Shown one piece after another: positions 1 through 9,186 of a stretch of DNA of 64,000 nucleotides (positions are counted from its first letter, which is position 1; every line of letters begins with the position of its first letter). The stretch spans positions 2,144,001 through 2,208,000 of the forward strand of contig OY762492.1 of assembly GCA_963665845.2 (NCBI GenBank). Direction: 5' to 3'. Both the position numbers and the translations under genes were made by a program. This DNA comes from Candidatus Poribacteria bacterium. GTDB taxonomy: Bacteria > Poribacteria > WGA-4E > GCA-2687025. The notes beneath the pieces are model-generated. The model was not told the origin of the DNA. It did no database searches and saw nothing but the letters and a program-made list of their open reading frames with translations.

Positions 1-1107
1 CGAGACGAACTCCGCCGCGCCGCCGCTGTTCGCGTCCCCGCCGAGAGCCTCCCGCGCCACCTCCGCGGTGATCGGAACGCGCAGCAGCCGCGCATGTTGA
101 AATGCGGTCATCAGGGAGCCTTCCAGCTCGCGGATGTTGGAGGTGATGCGCTCGGCGAGATACTCCGCCGCCTCGTCCTCCATATCCACCGCGCCGATGT
201 CCGCCGCTTTGCGTTTTAAAATGGCGACGCGCGTCTCATATTCCGGCGGGTAGATGCGCGCCGTCACCCCCCACAGAAACCGCGTTTTGATCCGCTCCTC
301 GATCTCCGACATGTCGTTCGGCGCGTCGTCGCTGGCGAGAACAATCAGCTTGTTCGCGTTGTAAAGGTCGTTGAAAGTATGCAGGAACTCGATCTGGGTC
401 TGCTCCTTTTTCTGAAGAATCTGGACATCGTCCATGAGCAGAACGTCGTTCGTGCGGTATTTATCGCGGACGAGCTGCGTTTGCGAGTTTCCGATCGCGA
501 TGATCGTGTCGTTCAAAAACGTTTCGGCGGAGACGTAAAGCGTTTTGAGCTGCGCGCCCGATTCGACGATCGCGTTTCCGATGGCGTGGAGCAGGTGCGT
601 CTTGCCGAGTCCGCTTCCGCCGGAGAGAAACAGCAGGTTGCATTGCCCGTTCACGGGGCGCTCCGCGACGCTCATGGCGGTGGCGGCGGCGAGTCGGTTG
701 CTGGAGCCGATGATGAACCGCTCGAAGATGTATTGCGGGTTCAGTCCGCTGGGGCGGTCTTTTCCGATGGGGACGACGGCGGGCTGGCGCCGCCGAACCG
801 GCAGGGGCGGCGCGATTTCGGTCGCGTCGTCTAGGGCGCGGGCGGGTCGGGGCGAGCCGCTTTCCGGCGCCGCGACATACTCCAGCTCAATCGGCTGGTT
901 CGGATACAGCCGCTGGAGTATCGCTTTCATGGCGGGTGTGTGGCGCCGCTGTATGGCGTCGCGCGCCCAGGTGGAGGAGGTGATGATTCGGAGAAGGTTC
1001 TGTTCGGGTATGAATTCGCCGTCGGCCGGTTCCAGATACACGCACCGGCTGCCGTTCAGCGTTTCCTCGACAAAGTCGCGCCAAACAAAGCTGTTGGAGT
1101 CCGCCAT
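1..1107 (-). CDS. dnaA: Chromosomal replication initiator DnaA (3' end runs off the window)
   Basis: Manual minus-strand translation from ATG at 1107 (not in the ORF track) gives LNPQYIFERFIIGSSNRLA, Walker A GGSGLGKTHLLHAIGN, Walker B LLMDDVQ, EFLHTFNDLY, PPEYETRVAIL, ITSNIRELEGSL. Confidence 0.96.
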   Translation of the reverse strand, partial: MADSNSFVWRDFVEETLNGSRCVYLEPADGEFIPEQNLLRIITSSTWARDAIQRRHTPAMKAILQRLYPNQPIELEYVAAPESGSPRPARALDDATEIAPPLPVRRRQPAVVPIGKDRPSGLNPQYIFERFIIGSSNRLAAATAMSVAERPVNGQCNLLFLSGGSGLGKTHLLHAIGNAIVESGAQLKTLYVSAETFLNDTIIAIGNSQTQLVRDKYRTNDVLLMDDVQILQKKEQTQIEFLHTFNDLYNANKLIVLASDDAPNDMSEIEERIKTRFLWGVTARIYPPEYETRVAILKRKAADIGAVDMEDEAAEYLAERITSNIRELEGSLMTAFQHARLLRVPITAEVAREALGGDANSGGAAEFVS

Positions 1108-1259
1108 TTTCGCTCAACCTTCCGATGTTTCAATGGATATACGATTCTGCATAGGGCATGGTTGCGATTATCGTTTGCGCAGACGCCCTTCGTGCAGGTT
1201 AACGAACCAACCGCCCGCTTCACAACGTAAAAATGCTTCGCGCCCGACTTTGCGGTCAA

Positions 1260-1720
1260 GCGCGCGGGAATCTTAGGCGGCGCAGATCCCGTTCGCATTC
1301 GCCGAAACCGTCATCCTGCCAGACGTCATTCCCGCGCAAGCGGGAATCCAGAGGCAGACCCGAAACCGTCCGCGTTCGAGATTTGGCGTCAATTTCCGTT
1401 TCCGTTTGAACTAAGATTTTCAAGATTGGAAAGATTTCCATGATCGGCGTCATGCTGAAAATGGGCGACCCGACCCGATACGCCGCGCTCCACGTTCAAA
1501 CGGCTTACCGCGCCGCCCTGCGCAGTAGTACTTCCATACAGGGATATTCGCGGCGCGGCGCGCCCGATTCCCCCCTTGAAAAGGGGGGCTAGGGGGTTTA
1601 AAAGACGGGCGCGGCGACTGCGATGCCTTAAGATTCCCGCTTACGCGGGAATGACGTCAGGCGGCGCCGACGCTTTAGGGTCAAAATGAAATTCATCGTA
1701 TGAGCGTACTGCCCCTGCGC
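1260..1720. repeat. Intergenic mosaic: dRS3-like palindromes (1325-1348, ~1632-1655), half TGAACTAAGAT element (1407), CCCCCTTGAAAAGGGGG hairpin (~1571-1598)
   Basis: The same modules recur in many other intergenic regions; ~1520-1615 resembles an inverted copy of ~12545-12710. Confidence 0.85.
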
Positions 1721-1728
1721 AGTGGGGC

Positions 1729-1757
1729 TTGACATTTTAGCGTTTTGGACGCATACT
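1729..1757 (+). promoter_or_regulatory. Putative sigma70 promoter
   Basis: TTGACA-17 bp-CATACT upstream of the ferritin-like gene. Confidence 0.5.
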
Positions 1758-1828
1758 ATATTAAAGAAATGACGCGCCCCGCGCCGCCGCTTTTTAAACA
1801 AAAAACAGAAACGGAAAAACCGCCTGAC

Positions 1829-2380
1829 ATGATCACCGTCCGAGAACTGTTCGAAGCGTGCATCGAATACGAGCTGACGAACGCCCGCGTCTATGCCGCC
1901 TTCATGATACGCCTCGGCGTTGACGACGAACGCGCCGCGCAATTCTGGGAAGAGATGAGCTCCGAAGAATGGGAACATTACATCATACTGAACTTCGGAC
2001 GAAGCCTGTGCGAACGCGCCGGCATGATGGGCGAACCCGCCCGAAACGTACAACCTGAAACGCTTGAAAAACTGAACGCGCTCGTCTCCCAAAGCGAAGA
2101 ACGCGCCGCAGGAGGACGCTACACGCTCAAAGAGGCGTTTCAGATCGCCATCGCCCTAGAATCCAGCGAAGTGGACTACCTGTTCTTGAACCTGATTCGC
2201 GTCATCCGTCAAGCGATCAACCGCCTCGGCGAATACCATCTCGAAAAACGCATCCAGGAAGCGAGCGGCGACATGCGCCATCATCTCGACAGCCTCGTCG
2301 CCGCCATCCGCCGCCTGGGGAACGACCCTGAACTGGTGCGCGAAGCGCGCGACGCCTTCTCCGCCGCGCCCGCGCGGTAG
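1829..2380 (+). CDS. Ferritin/rubrerythrin-like four-helix protein
   Basis: Likely start MITVRELFEACIEYE; carboxylate/His pattern E..E..Y, EEWEH, then a second half AIALES..HH typical of rubrerythrin-like folds. Confidence 0.65.
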   Translation: MITVRELFEACIEYELTNARVYAAFMIRLGVDDERAAQFWEEMSSEEWEHYIILNFGRSLCERAGMMGEPARNVQPETLEKLNALVSQSEERAAGGRYTLKEAFQIAIALESSEVDYLFLNLIRVIRQAINRLGEYHLEKRIQEASGDMRHHLDSLVAAIRRLGNDPELVREARDAFSAAPAR

Positions 2381-2388
2381 ACTTCAGC

Positions 2389-2592
2389 CGCCCTTTTCAA
2401 GGGCGGAAACCCCCCCTGCCCCCCTTTTCAAGGGGGGAGTTTATGGCGCTCGGTCTACGTTCCCCCCTTTTCAAGGGGGGTTAGGGGGGTTTTAGCCGCT
2501 CGGTCTACGTTCCCCCCTTTTCAAGGGGGTTAGGGGGGTTTTAGCCGCGCGGTAAAACGGCGGATAAGATTCCCGTTTTCACGGGAATGACG
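2389..2592. repeat. Tandem CCCCCTTTTCAAGGGGG hairpin units plus a dRS3-like palindrome between convergent genes
   Basis: Repeated cccccttttcaagggg and a duplicated gctcggtctacgttcccccc unit; gattcccgttttcacgggaatgac at the end. Confidence 0.85.
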
Positions 2593-2600
2593 GATCTGGG

Positions 2601-3911
2601 TCAGCCCTGAACCTGCGCCTCTGCCTCGTCCGCCTCTTTAGGTATGCCCGCTGTCAGGTTCTCATGCCCGTCCGCCGTAATGTGAACATCGTCCTCGATG
2701 CGGACGCCGACGCCGCGGTACGCCTCTGGGACGCTCTCGTCGTCTTCCGACACATACAGCCCAGGCTCTATCGTGAAGACGGCGCCCTCGCCCAGCAGAA
2801 ACGGCTCGCCGTCGATCTCCGCCGGGCCGGGGTCATGCACATCCAAGCCGAGATGATGCCCCGACCCGTGCATGTAGTATTGGCGGTAGGTTTTCTCTTC
2901 GATATGAGCGTCCACGCCGCGCCCGTCCAGCCAGCCCATCTCCACCATCGATTCGGTCAGCATTTTCACCGACATTTCATGGAGCTGTTTGAGCGGTATG
3001 CCGGGGCGCGCCGCTTCGATCATCGCCTTCTGGGCGCGCAGAACCGCCTCGTACATCTCGCGCTGGGCGGAGGAGAATTTGCCGTTGATCGGATAGGTCC
3101 GCGTCACATCGGAGGCGTAATGCCCGCGCATGGCGCCCGCGTCGATGAGCAGGACATCGCCGCCGCGCAGCGGGTCGTTGTTGTCGATGTAATGGAGGCA
3201 GGTGGAGTTGTTGCCGCCGCCGACGATGCTGGTATAGGCGGGTCCGTCGCCGCCTTTTTTTCTGAAGGCGCCGTCCAGCGCCGCTTCGATCTCGTATTCC
3301 CATCCGCCGGGGCGTATTTGCGGTACCGCTTCGGCGTACGCCTGTCGGGTGATTTCAGCCGCGCTGCGGATCATGTCGACCTCTTCGGGCGTTTTATGGA
3401 CGCGCAGGTTGGCGAGAAACCAGTCCAGGTCGCAGAATTCCAGCGCGCCGCGCCCCGACCTTCCGCTGGAGGTTGCCGATTCTCGGCATAGGCGGTGGAG
3501 CGTCTGTCCGCGCCGCGAGCTCATATCGGCGCGGAGGTAGATGCGCCATGCCAGATCGACAAGCGGCTTCAGTTTTTCTTCCAGTTCGTCTATGGGATGG
3601 GCGCTGTCGGCGTTGTATTCGTTGAGCGCGCCTTCGACGCCGGCGCGTTTTCCGTCCCACCGCTCGCTGACAGGGTCTTTCGGCGGGACGAAGAGCGTAT
3701 AGGAGCGTTCGCCGTTGTGTGAAAGCAGGACGGCGGCGGCGTTCGGTTCAGGAAAGCCTGTTAGGTAGAAAAAGCCGCTGTCTTGTCGAAACTTGACATG
3801 GTTTGGGGTTGTCGGTCCGGCGGAGACGATGAGGGCGGCGTTCTCGCCCATTTCGTCGAACGCTTTGCCGCGCCGCCCCGCAAAGAATTCAGATGTCAGT
3901 TTCGCGTTCAT
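2601..3911 (-). CDS. pepP: Xaa-Pro aminopeptidase (M24B)
   Basis: FRQDSGFFYLTGFPEP N-domain; LHY, LIDAG, ASDVTRT, HGSGHHLGLDVHD, TIEPGLY, GVRIEDDV. Confidence 0.93.
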   Translation of the reverse strand: MNAKLTSEFFAGRRGKAFDEMGENAALIVSAGPTTPNHVKFRQDSGFFYLTGFPEPNAAAVLLSHNGERSYTLFVPPKDPVSERWDGKRAGVEGALNEYNADSAHPIDELEEKLKPLVDLAWRIYLRADMSSRRGQTLHRLCRESATSSGRSGRGALEFCDLDWFLANLRVHKTPEEVDMIRSAAEITRQAYAEAVPQIRPGGWEYEIEAALDGAFRKKGGDGPAYTSIVGGGNNSTCLHYIDNNDPLRGGDVLLIDAGAMRGHYASDVTRTYPINGKFSSAQREMYEAVLRAQKAMIEAARPGIPLKQLHEMSVKMLTESMVEMGWLDGRGVDAHIEEKTYRQYYMHGSGHHLGLDVHDPGPAEIDGEPFLLGEGAVFTIEPGLYVSEDDESVPEAYRGVGVRIEDDVHITADGHENLTAGIPKEADEAEAQVQG

Positions 3912-4015
3912 GGTGGATTCCTTAGCCCGTGTTGGATGCGCTTTTGCTCAAGGCGCGCTGGGGGCATTATGCGCCATTTCGCCGGCGCATACAACGGCTT
4001 TCCGTATTTTTGCGT

Positions 4016-4290
4016 CGTTTTCTGTCATTCCCGCGCCGTTTTCTGTCATTCCCGCGCCGTTTTCTGTCATTCCCGCGTAAGCGGGAATCTTAGCGTCCGC
4101 CGTTGTCGTCTGAACTAGGATTGTCAAGATTGAAAAGATTGCCAAGAGATTCCCGCGCGCGGCGCTCTTGGCCATCTTAATCATCCTTCCATCCTAGTTC
4201 AAAACCAAGCGCAACCCGCGCTCAAAACCCCCCCTGCCCCCCTTTTCAAGGGGGGAGAGGAACGGAATCCCGCTTTTCAAGGGGGAATCG
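4016..4290. repeat. Mosaic: 21-bp tandem (x3) of a palindrome half, full dRS3-like palindrome, 91-bp TGAACTAGGAT element (4111-4201), CCCCC/GGGGG hairpins
   Basis: cgttttctgtcattcccgcgc x3; inverted ends TGAACTAGGAT / ATCCTAGTTCA. Confidence 0.88.
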
Positions 4291-4390
4291 GACGCGCGGC
4301 TCCGATTCCGCAAATGCCCGCCAAGCTCCCATGTTGCATGTTCGATCTGTATGATGTATCCTATACGTATGAAGGTCAGGGGATAGAGCG

Positions 4391-5272
4391 ATGCGGTTGA
4401 TGGCGGTGTGTTGCGCGGCGGTTTTCGCGTTGGCGGGATGCGTTTCGAACCCAAACAGGGGTCTGTCTCGGACGACGCTTGAGAACCGCGCCAAGATGAA
4501 AGAGAAGATGCCCTCCTACCAGATACTGGAGGGGAATCTCGGCGTCTCTGGGGAGGGGTTTGTTTTTGAAAACCAACGCTTCCGCTTTGAATTTAAAAAA
4601 GAGCTGACGGAGGTGGACGGTTACCGGACGGAAGAGGATCGGCGCGCCCGCGGGCTGACAGCGAGCAAGGAGTTGAACAGCAGCTACGATTTTGTGCGTC
4701 AACTTTTCGGCGTCGCCGCGCCGGACACGATCCGCGTCGTCATCCAAGAAAAATGGCCCAGCCCCTCCACCCCCGCGTACGTTTCATGGAGCTCCGTTGA
4801 CGGCATCGTCATGTATTTCGGGGTCGACTCCTTTCAAGACCGCTCCATTCTGGCGCATGAGATGGCGCACGCGCTGATCAGCCGCTTTCAGATACCGACC
4901 TGGCTGAACGAAGGCATCGCGACGCTGGTTGAAGTTGACCATGCCAAAAGCAAGCGGGAAGACATGAAGCTGCCGTCGCCGCTGCTGCTGGATTCGAACG
5001 GGTATAACGCCGTTCAAACATGGCGGTCGCACGAGGCGGAGGAGAATCAGTATTCCGAGATTGCAATGTACCGCGCTTCTTATAGTATTATAAAGGACGC
5101 GCTGCGCCGTTTTGGGAACGATGTTTTTTTGAAGTTCTTTCAGCGGCTGGACGCGGAAAAGCGCGGGCTGGGCGAATTGACGCTGCAGGAGATCATAGAG
5201 CGCATCGACCGCGTGACCGGACGACAGGACGCGCAGGCATTTTTTGAAGAACTCAAGTTCAGGATCGAGTAA
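4391..5272 (+). CDS. Putative lipoprotein zinc metallopeptidase (gluzincin/peptidase MA-like)
   Basis: Lipobox ALAGC; HEMAH followed by PTWLNEGIA. Confidence 0.75.
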   Translation: MRLMAVCCAAVFALAGCVSNPNRGLSRTTLENRAKMKEKMPSYQILEGNLGVSGEGFVFENQRFRFEFKKELTEVDGYRTEEDRRARGLTASKELNSSYDFVRQLFGVAAPDTIRVVIQEKWPSPSTPAYVSWSSVDGIVMYFGVDSFQDRSILAHEMAHALISRFQIPTWLNEGIATLVEVDHAKSKREDMKLPSPLLLDSNGYNAVQTWRSHEAEENQYSEIAMYRASYSIIKDALRRFGNDVFLKFFQRLDAEKRGLGELTLQEIIERIDRVTGRQDAQAFFEELKFRIE

Positions 5273-5289
5273 CGAAAAGAGGAGGAACC

Positions 5290-6393
5290 ATGAAACACAC
5301 CATCGCATGGACTGCAGCCGCCGCCCTGCTCATCGGGGCTGTCGGATGCGCGCAACTGATCGGACCGCAGGCGCTGAGCGACAATTACGCGCTGATGGCG
5401 GGCGCCGAGTCGAACCGACCCGCTTTCATTGACGGAGACCGCAGCTCCGCCGCCGACACCGTCTTCCCGGCCGGCTCGTCGTCCCAGGGTGGACTTAGCC
5501 GGTCGCCGGCGAGCGAGGCGTATATCACTCTCCCGGTCGCCAAAACGATCAACCGCGTCAAGATCTATTCGGAGGAGCTGCTCGGAATCGATCTGTACGT
5601 GGAGGATCCGAAGCAAGGCTGGAAGCTGGAAGGCAGATACGACGGGCTGAAAGGTCCGGTTGTCGATCTCAAGCTGAAAGGCATTGTGCATACGAGCGGC
5701 GTCAAGGTGCGCGTCCGGCGCGCCGCGCATGACGCGCGCGCCTACCGCGAAAACACGGAATCGCGGGGCGGAACGGTCTACATTTCGGGGCGGACGCGCG
5801 CCGCCGCCAAAATTTATGAGATTGAGCTGTACGGGCCGGCAGGCTCCTCAGGGGGCGACGATGTGATCGAAGCGACGGCGAACGCCGACGTCGCGCTGAA
5901 GCTGGAAGGCATGGAGGACATGACGCCGGCGGAGCCGCAGCTTGCTCCAAAGCCCACAACGGAGCTCGGAGCCGCCCCGAACTTCACCCTGCCGAAACTG
6001 GACGGAACGAACCTGTCGCTGTCCGATTACAAAGGGCGCGTCGTCCTGGTCAACTTCTGGGCGACCTGGTGTCCGCCGTGCGTCGCTGAAATGCCCGATC
6101 TGCAGGCGGTGCGGGACGAGCTGAATCCGCGCGGCTTTGAGGTGATCGCCATCTCGCTTGACAGCGGGGCGGGCTTCAAAGAGAAGGTGAAAAATTTCGT
6201 GAGAGATCATGGCATCACCTTCCCTGTCGTGTTTACGGACGGTTCGGTCAGCGGACAATACGGCGGAGTGCCCAACATACCGACCACCTTCATCGTGGAC
6301 GCGAACGGCAACATCGTCAGCAAGCTTGTCGGAGGGAGAAACTACGGGCAGTTCAAAAAAGCCGTAGAAGAGGCATACGGCCCGCTTGAGTGA
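5290..6393 (+). CDS. Lipoprotein with N-terminal beta-sandwich (discoidin-like) region and C-terminal TlpA/ResA thioredoxin domain
   Basis: SD GGAGGA; lipobox AVGC; APNFTL..LSDYKGRVVLVNFWATWCPPCVAEMP..IPTTFIVD. Confidence 0.82.
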   Translation: MKHTIAWTAAAALLIGAVGCAQLIGPQALSDNYALMAGAESNRPAFIDGDRSSAADTVFPAGSSSQGGLSRSPASEAYITLPVAKTINRVKIYSEELLGIDLYVEDPKQGWKLEGRYDGLKGPVVDLKLKGIVHTSGVKVRVRRAAHDARAYRENTESRGGTVYISGRTRAAAKIYEIELYGPAGSSGGDDVIEATANADVALKLEGMEDMTPAEPQLAPKPTTELGAAPNFTLPKLDGTNLSLSDYKGRVVLVNFWATWCPPCVAEMPDLQAVRDELNPRGFEVIAISLDSGAGFKEKVKNFVRDHGITFPVVFTDGSVSGQYGGVPNIPTTFIVDANGNIVSKLVGGRNYGQFKKAVEEAYGPLE

Positions 6394-7666
6394 TCAACGG
6401 CTCAAACGGGAGGTCGGCGCCGGCGGCGCTGTACTTCTCGGTCTCGGTTCGATGGTCGGCGCCGGCGTTTTTGTAAGCGTCGGCGTCGCTATCGACATCG
6501 CCGGTCCCTCGGCATGCTTAGCGGTCGCGTTGGCGGCGCTGCTGGCGTTATGCAACGGGCTTAGTTCGGCGCAGCTGGCCGCGGCGCATCCTGTGAGCGG
6601 CGGTACCTACGAATACGGGTACCGCCAGCTGAACCCATGGTGGGGCTTTTCGGCGGGCTGGCTGTTTTTATGCGCAAAAAGCGCCTCCGCGGCGACCGCG
6701 GCGATCGGCTTTGCGCATTACGCTTTCCCCAGCTACCCGACGCTGATTCCCGCCGCGGCGACCGTCGCTGTTCTCACGGCGATTACCTTAACAGGGCTGC
6801 GCAGGTCCAACCGCGTGAACGCCGTTCTGGTCTCGCTGGTCATAGCGGGTTTGCTTGGATTTGCGGCGGTTGGGCTATACAGGTCGGGCGGCGGCGCGTT
6901 TTCGTTGACGCCGTTTTTTGCCTCGCCCGACGGCGATCCCGTTGCCATAAAAGGCTTTCTGGAAGCGGCGGCGCTCATGTTTGTCGCCTACACCGGCTAT
7001 GGGCGCGTCGCCACGCTCGGCGAAGAGATACGCGACCCGCGCCGCTCGATTCCGCGCGCCATCATCGCGGTCATGGCGGTCACGATGGCGCTCTATACGC
7101 TCGTGACGATCGTCGCGGCGGGATACGGCGGCGGCTCGTCCGAGGCGGAAGGCGGGCTGCTGTCGGCAATCGCGCGCGGCTTCGGGTCGCCGGCGCTTGC
7201 TACGGCGTTGACAGGCGCGGCGGCGGTCGCGCTGCTCGGCGTTCTGTTGAACCTCATTCTCGGCTTGTCGCGCGTCATGCTCGCTATGGGCAGGCGCGGC
7301 GACATACCCTCCGTCTTTGCGCGCGTTGAAAAAAGCGGAACGACGCCTGCGCCCGCTGTCATTGCGTCCGGGCTGCTCATCGCGGCGCTGACGCTGATCG
7401 GCGATGTGAAGGCGGCATGGTCGTTCAGCGCGTTCACCGTGCTGGGTTACTATTCGGTGACGAACCTGTCGGCGCTGCGCCTGCCGGCTGAAAAGCGGCT
7501 CTACCCGCGTTTCATTTCATACGGCGGGCTGGCGGGCTGCGCGTTTTTGGCGTTCTGGGTGGAGCCGATCTACCTGCTGATCGGGTCGGGCGTTATCGGC
7601 GCGGGGTTCATCTGGAAAGCGGCAGCCAACCTGTTCAACAAACCTGCAGAGACGGACGATGGATAG
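6386..7666 (+). CDS. APC family amino acid permease
   Basis: GSMVGAGVF, SSAQLAAAHPVSGGTYEYG, FVAYTGYGRVATLGEEIRDP; multiple TM helices. Confidence 0.92.
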   Translation: MSDQRLKREVGAGGAVLLGLGSMVGAGVFVSVGVAIDIAGPSACLAVALAALLALCNGLSSAQLAAAHPVSGGTYEYGYRQLNPWWGFSAGWLFLCAKSASAATAAIGFAHYAFPSYPTLIPAAATVAVLTAITLTGLRRSNRVNAVLVSLVIAGLLGFAAVGLYRSGGGAFSLTPFFASPDGDPVAIKGFLEAAALMFVAYTGYGRVATLGEEIRDPRRSIPRAIIAVMAVTMALYTLVTIVAAGYGGGSSEAEGGLLSAIARGFGSPALATALTGAAAVALLGVLLNLILGLSRVMLAMGRRGDIPSVFARVEKSGTTPAPAVIASGLLIAALTLIGDVKAAWSFSAFTVLGYYSVTNLSALRLPAEKRLYPRFISYGGLAGCAFLAFWVEPIYLLIGSGVIGAGFIWKAAANLFNKPAETDDG

Positions 7667-8333
7667 CGCCGAACGCAAATCCTCCTGTTTAGGGCGTCTG
7701 TTTCTGGTCTGTTTAGGGGCGGCGCTCGCGCTCGGCGCCGTTTATTATGCGAATCGGCAGGGCTGGTTCGACAGGGTCGGCGCGCCGTTGGACGAGGCGG
7801 TCTCGCCGGCGGCGCGAAAGAAAGCGGTCTCGCTCGCTTCAAAACCGCTGCGCCGCTCTTACCATGCGGCGGCTCTCGGCGACGCGCAGGTGTACGACGG
7901 CGACACCTTGACCGACATTCTGATACGCATCGGCGACGCGCCGGCGGGGGCGGGCGAGTCGGAGCGGCTCTGGCTCTCCGCGCTGACCATCGACGGCGGG
8001 CTGTATATTCAGGCGAATGTGCGTATCAATGGAATCGACGCGGCGGAGATGCGCCCGTCGCTCAAAAACAGCGCGGGAGAGGCGCGTTCCGAAGCGGAGC
8101 GGGCGGCGGAAAAAGCGGCGGCGGTCCGCGCGCGGGACGCCCTCGCCGAGCTGCTGCGCCAGAACAATTACGAGCTGACGCTGAAGAACATTGAGGCGGA
8201 CAAATACGGCGGGCGCATCGTCGCGGACGCGCTCATCGGCGGCATTGACGCGGCGCAGTATCTCATACAGAAGCGGTTGGCGGTCCCCTACGACGGCGGA
8301 ACGAAACAGGAGGTGGACTGGGGGCGGTTTTAG
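7659..8333 (+). CDS. Membrane-anchored thermonuclease (SNase) family protein
   Basis: N-terminal TM; VYDGDTL, VRINGIDAAE, DKYGGRIVA, LAVPYDGG. Confidence 0.85.
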   Translation: MDSAERKSSCLGRLFLVCLGAALALGAVYYANRQGWFDRVGAPLDEAVSPAARKKAVSLASKPLRRSYHAAALGDAQVYDGDTLTDILIRIGDAPAGAGESERLWLSALTIDGGLYIQANVRINGIDAAEMRPSLKNSAGEARSEAERAAEKAAAVRARDALAELLRQNNYELTLKNIEADKYGGRIVADALIGGIDAAQYLIQKRLAVPYDGGTKQEVDWGRF

Positions 8334-8380
8334 CCGAAACGGCGCCGCGCCCCTCATAGCCTGCCCCCGTGAAAACGGGG

Positions 8381-8745
8381 GTCATTCCCGCGTAAGCGGG
8401 AATCTAGAGGCGCCGGCGAAACCGTCCGCGTTCACCTCAAGCGTCCGGCGGCCCAATTCGTCATTCCCGCGTAAGCGGGAATCCAGAGGCGCCGCCGAAA
8501 CCGTCCGCGTTCACCTCAAGCGTCCGGCGGCCCAATTCGTCATTCCCGCGTAAGCGGGAATCTAGAGGCGAACCCGAAACCGTCCGCGTTCACCTCAAGC
8601 GTCCGGCGGCCCAATTCGTCATTCCCGCGTAAGCGGGAATCTAGAGGCGAACCCGAAACCGTCCGCGTTCACCTCAAGCGTCCGGCGGCCCAATTCGTCA
8701 TTCCCGCGTAAGCGGGAATCTAGAGGCGAACCCGAAACCGTCCGC
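8381..8745. repeat. 79-bp tandem repeat (4 full copies + partial) built on the dRS3-like palindrome
   Basis: Units begin at 8381, 8460, 8539, 8618, 8697 and are nearly identical. Confidence 0.95.
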
Positions 8746-8749
8746 TGTC

Positions 8750-8840
8750 TGAACTAGGATTGCCAAGATTGAAAAGATTGCCAAGAAATTTTCATGGTCG
8801 GCTATCTTGTGAATCTTACTAATCCTTTCATCCTAGTTCA
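8750..8840. repeat. 91-bp element with terminal inverted repeats TGAACTAGGAT/ATCCTAGTTCA
   Basis: Same family as 4111-4201, 18149-18271 and 51506-51598; internal AAGATT / ATCTT short repeats. Confidence 0.9.
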
Positions 8841-8865
8841 GATCTAAGCGCAACCCGCGCGCCCT

Positions 8866-9065
8866 CGGAAACCCCCCCTGCCCCCCTTTTCAAGGGGGGA
8901 GTTTAGCCGCCGCCGCGGAAACCCCCCCTGCCCCCCTTTTCAAGGGGGGAGTTTAGCCGCCGCCGCGGAAACCCCCCCTGCCCCCCTTTTCAAGGGGGGA
9001 GTTTAGCCGCCGCCGCGGAAACCCCCCCTGCCCCCTTTTCAAGGGGGGAGTTTAGCCGCCGCCGC
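8866..9065. repeat. 50-bp tandem repeat x4 containing the CCCCCTTTTCAAGGGGG hairpin
   Basis: Units at 8866, 8916, 8966, 9016. Confidence 0.95.
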
Positions 9066-9186
9066 GTTCAAACCCCCTTTTCAGTGGAGAGTTGGGATTC
9101 TCGCATGTATCGCCGCGTCTTGACGTTGCTAATCATGCGCGCGCGCGCTATCATCTTCAGAGCGGGTTGAATGAAACGGAGAAGAT

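Noticed and set aside
379-1276. Plus-strand ORFs of 151 and 243 aa
   Set aside because: Antisense shadows of dnaA.
8381-8745. CRISPR array
   Set aside because: The would-be spacers are nearly identical, the palindrome is dispersed window-wide, and there are no cas genes.
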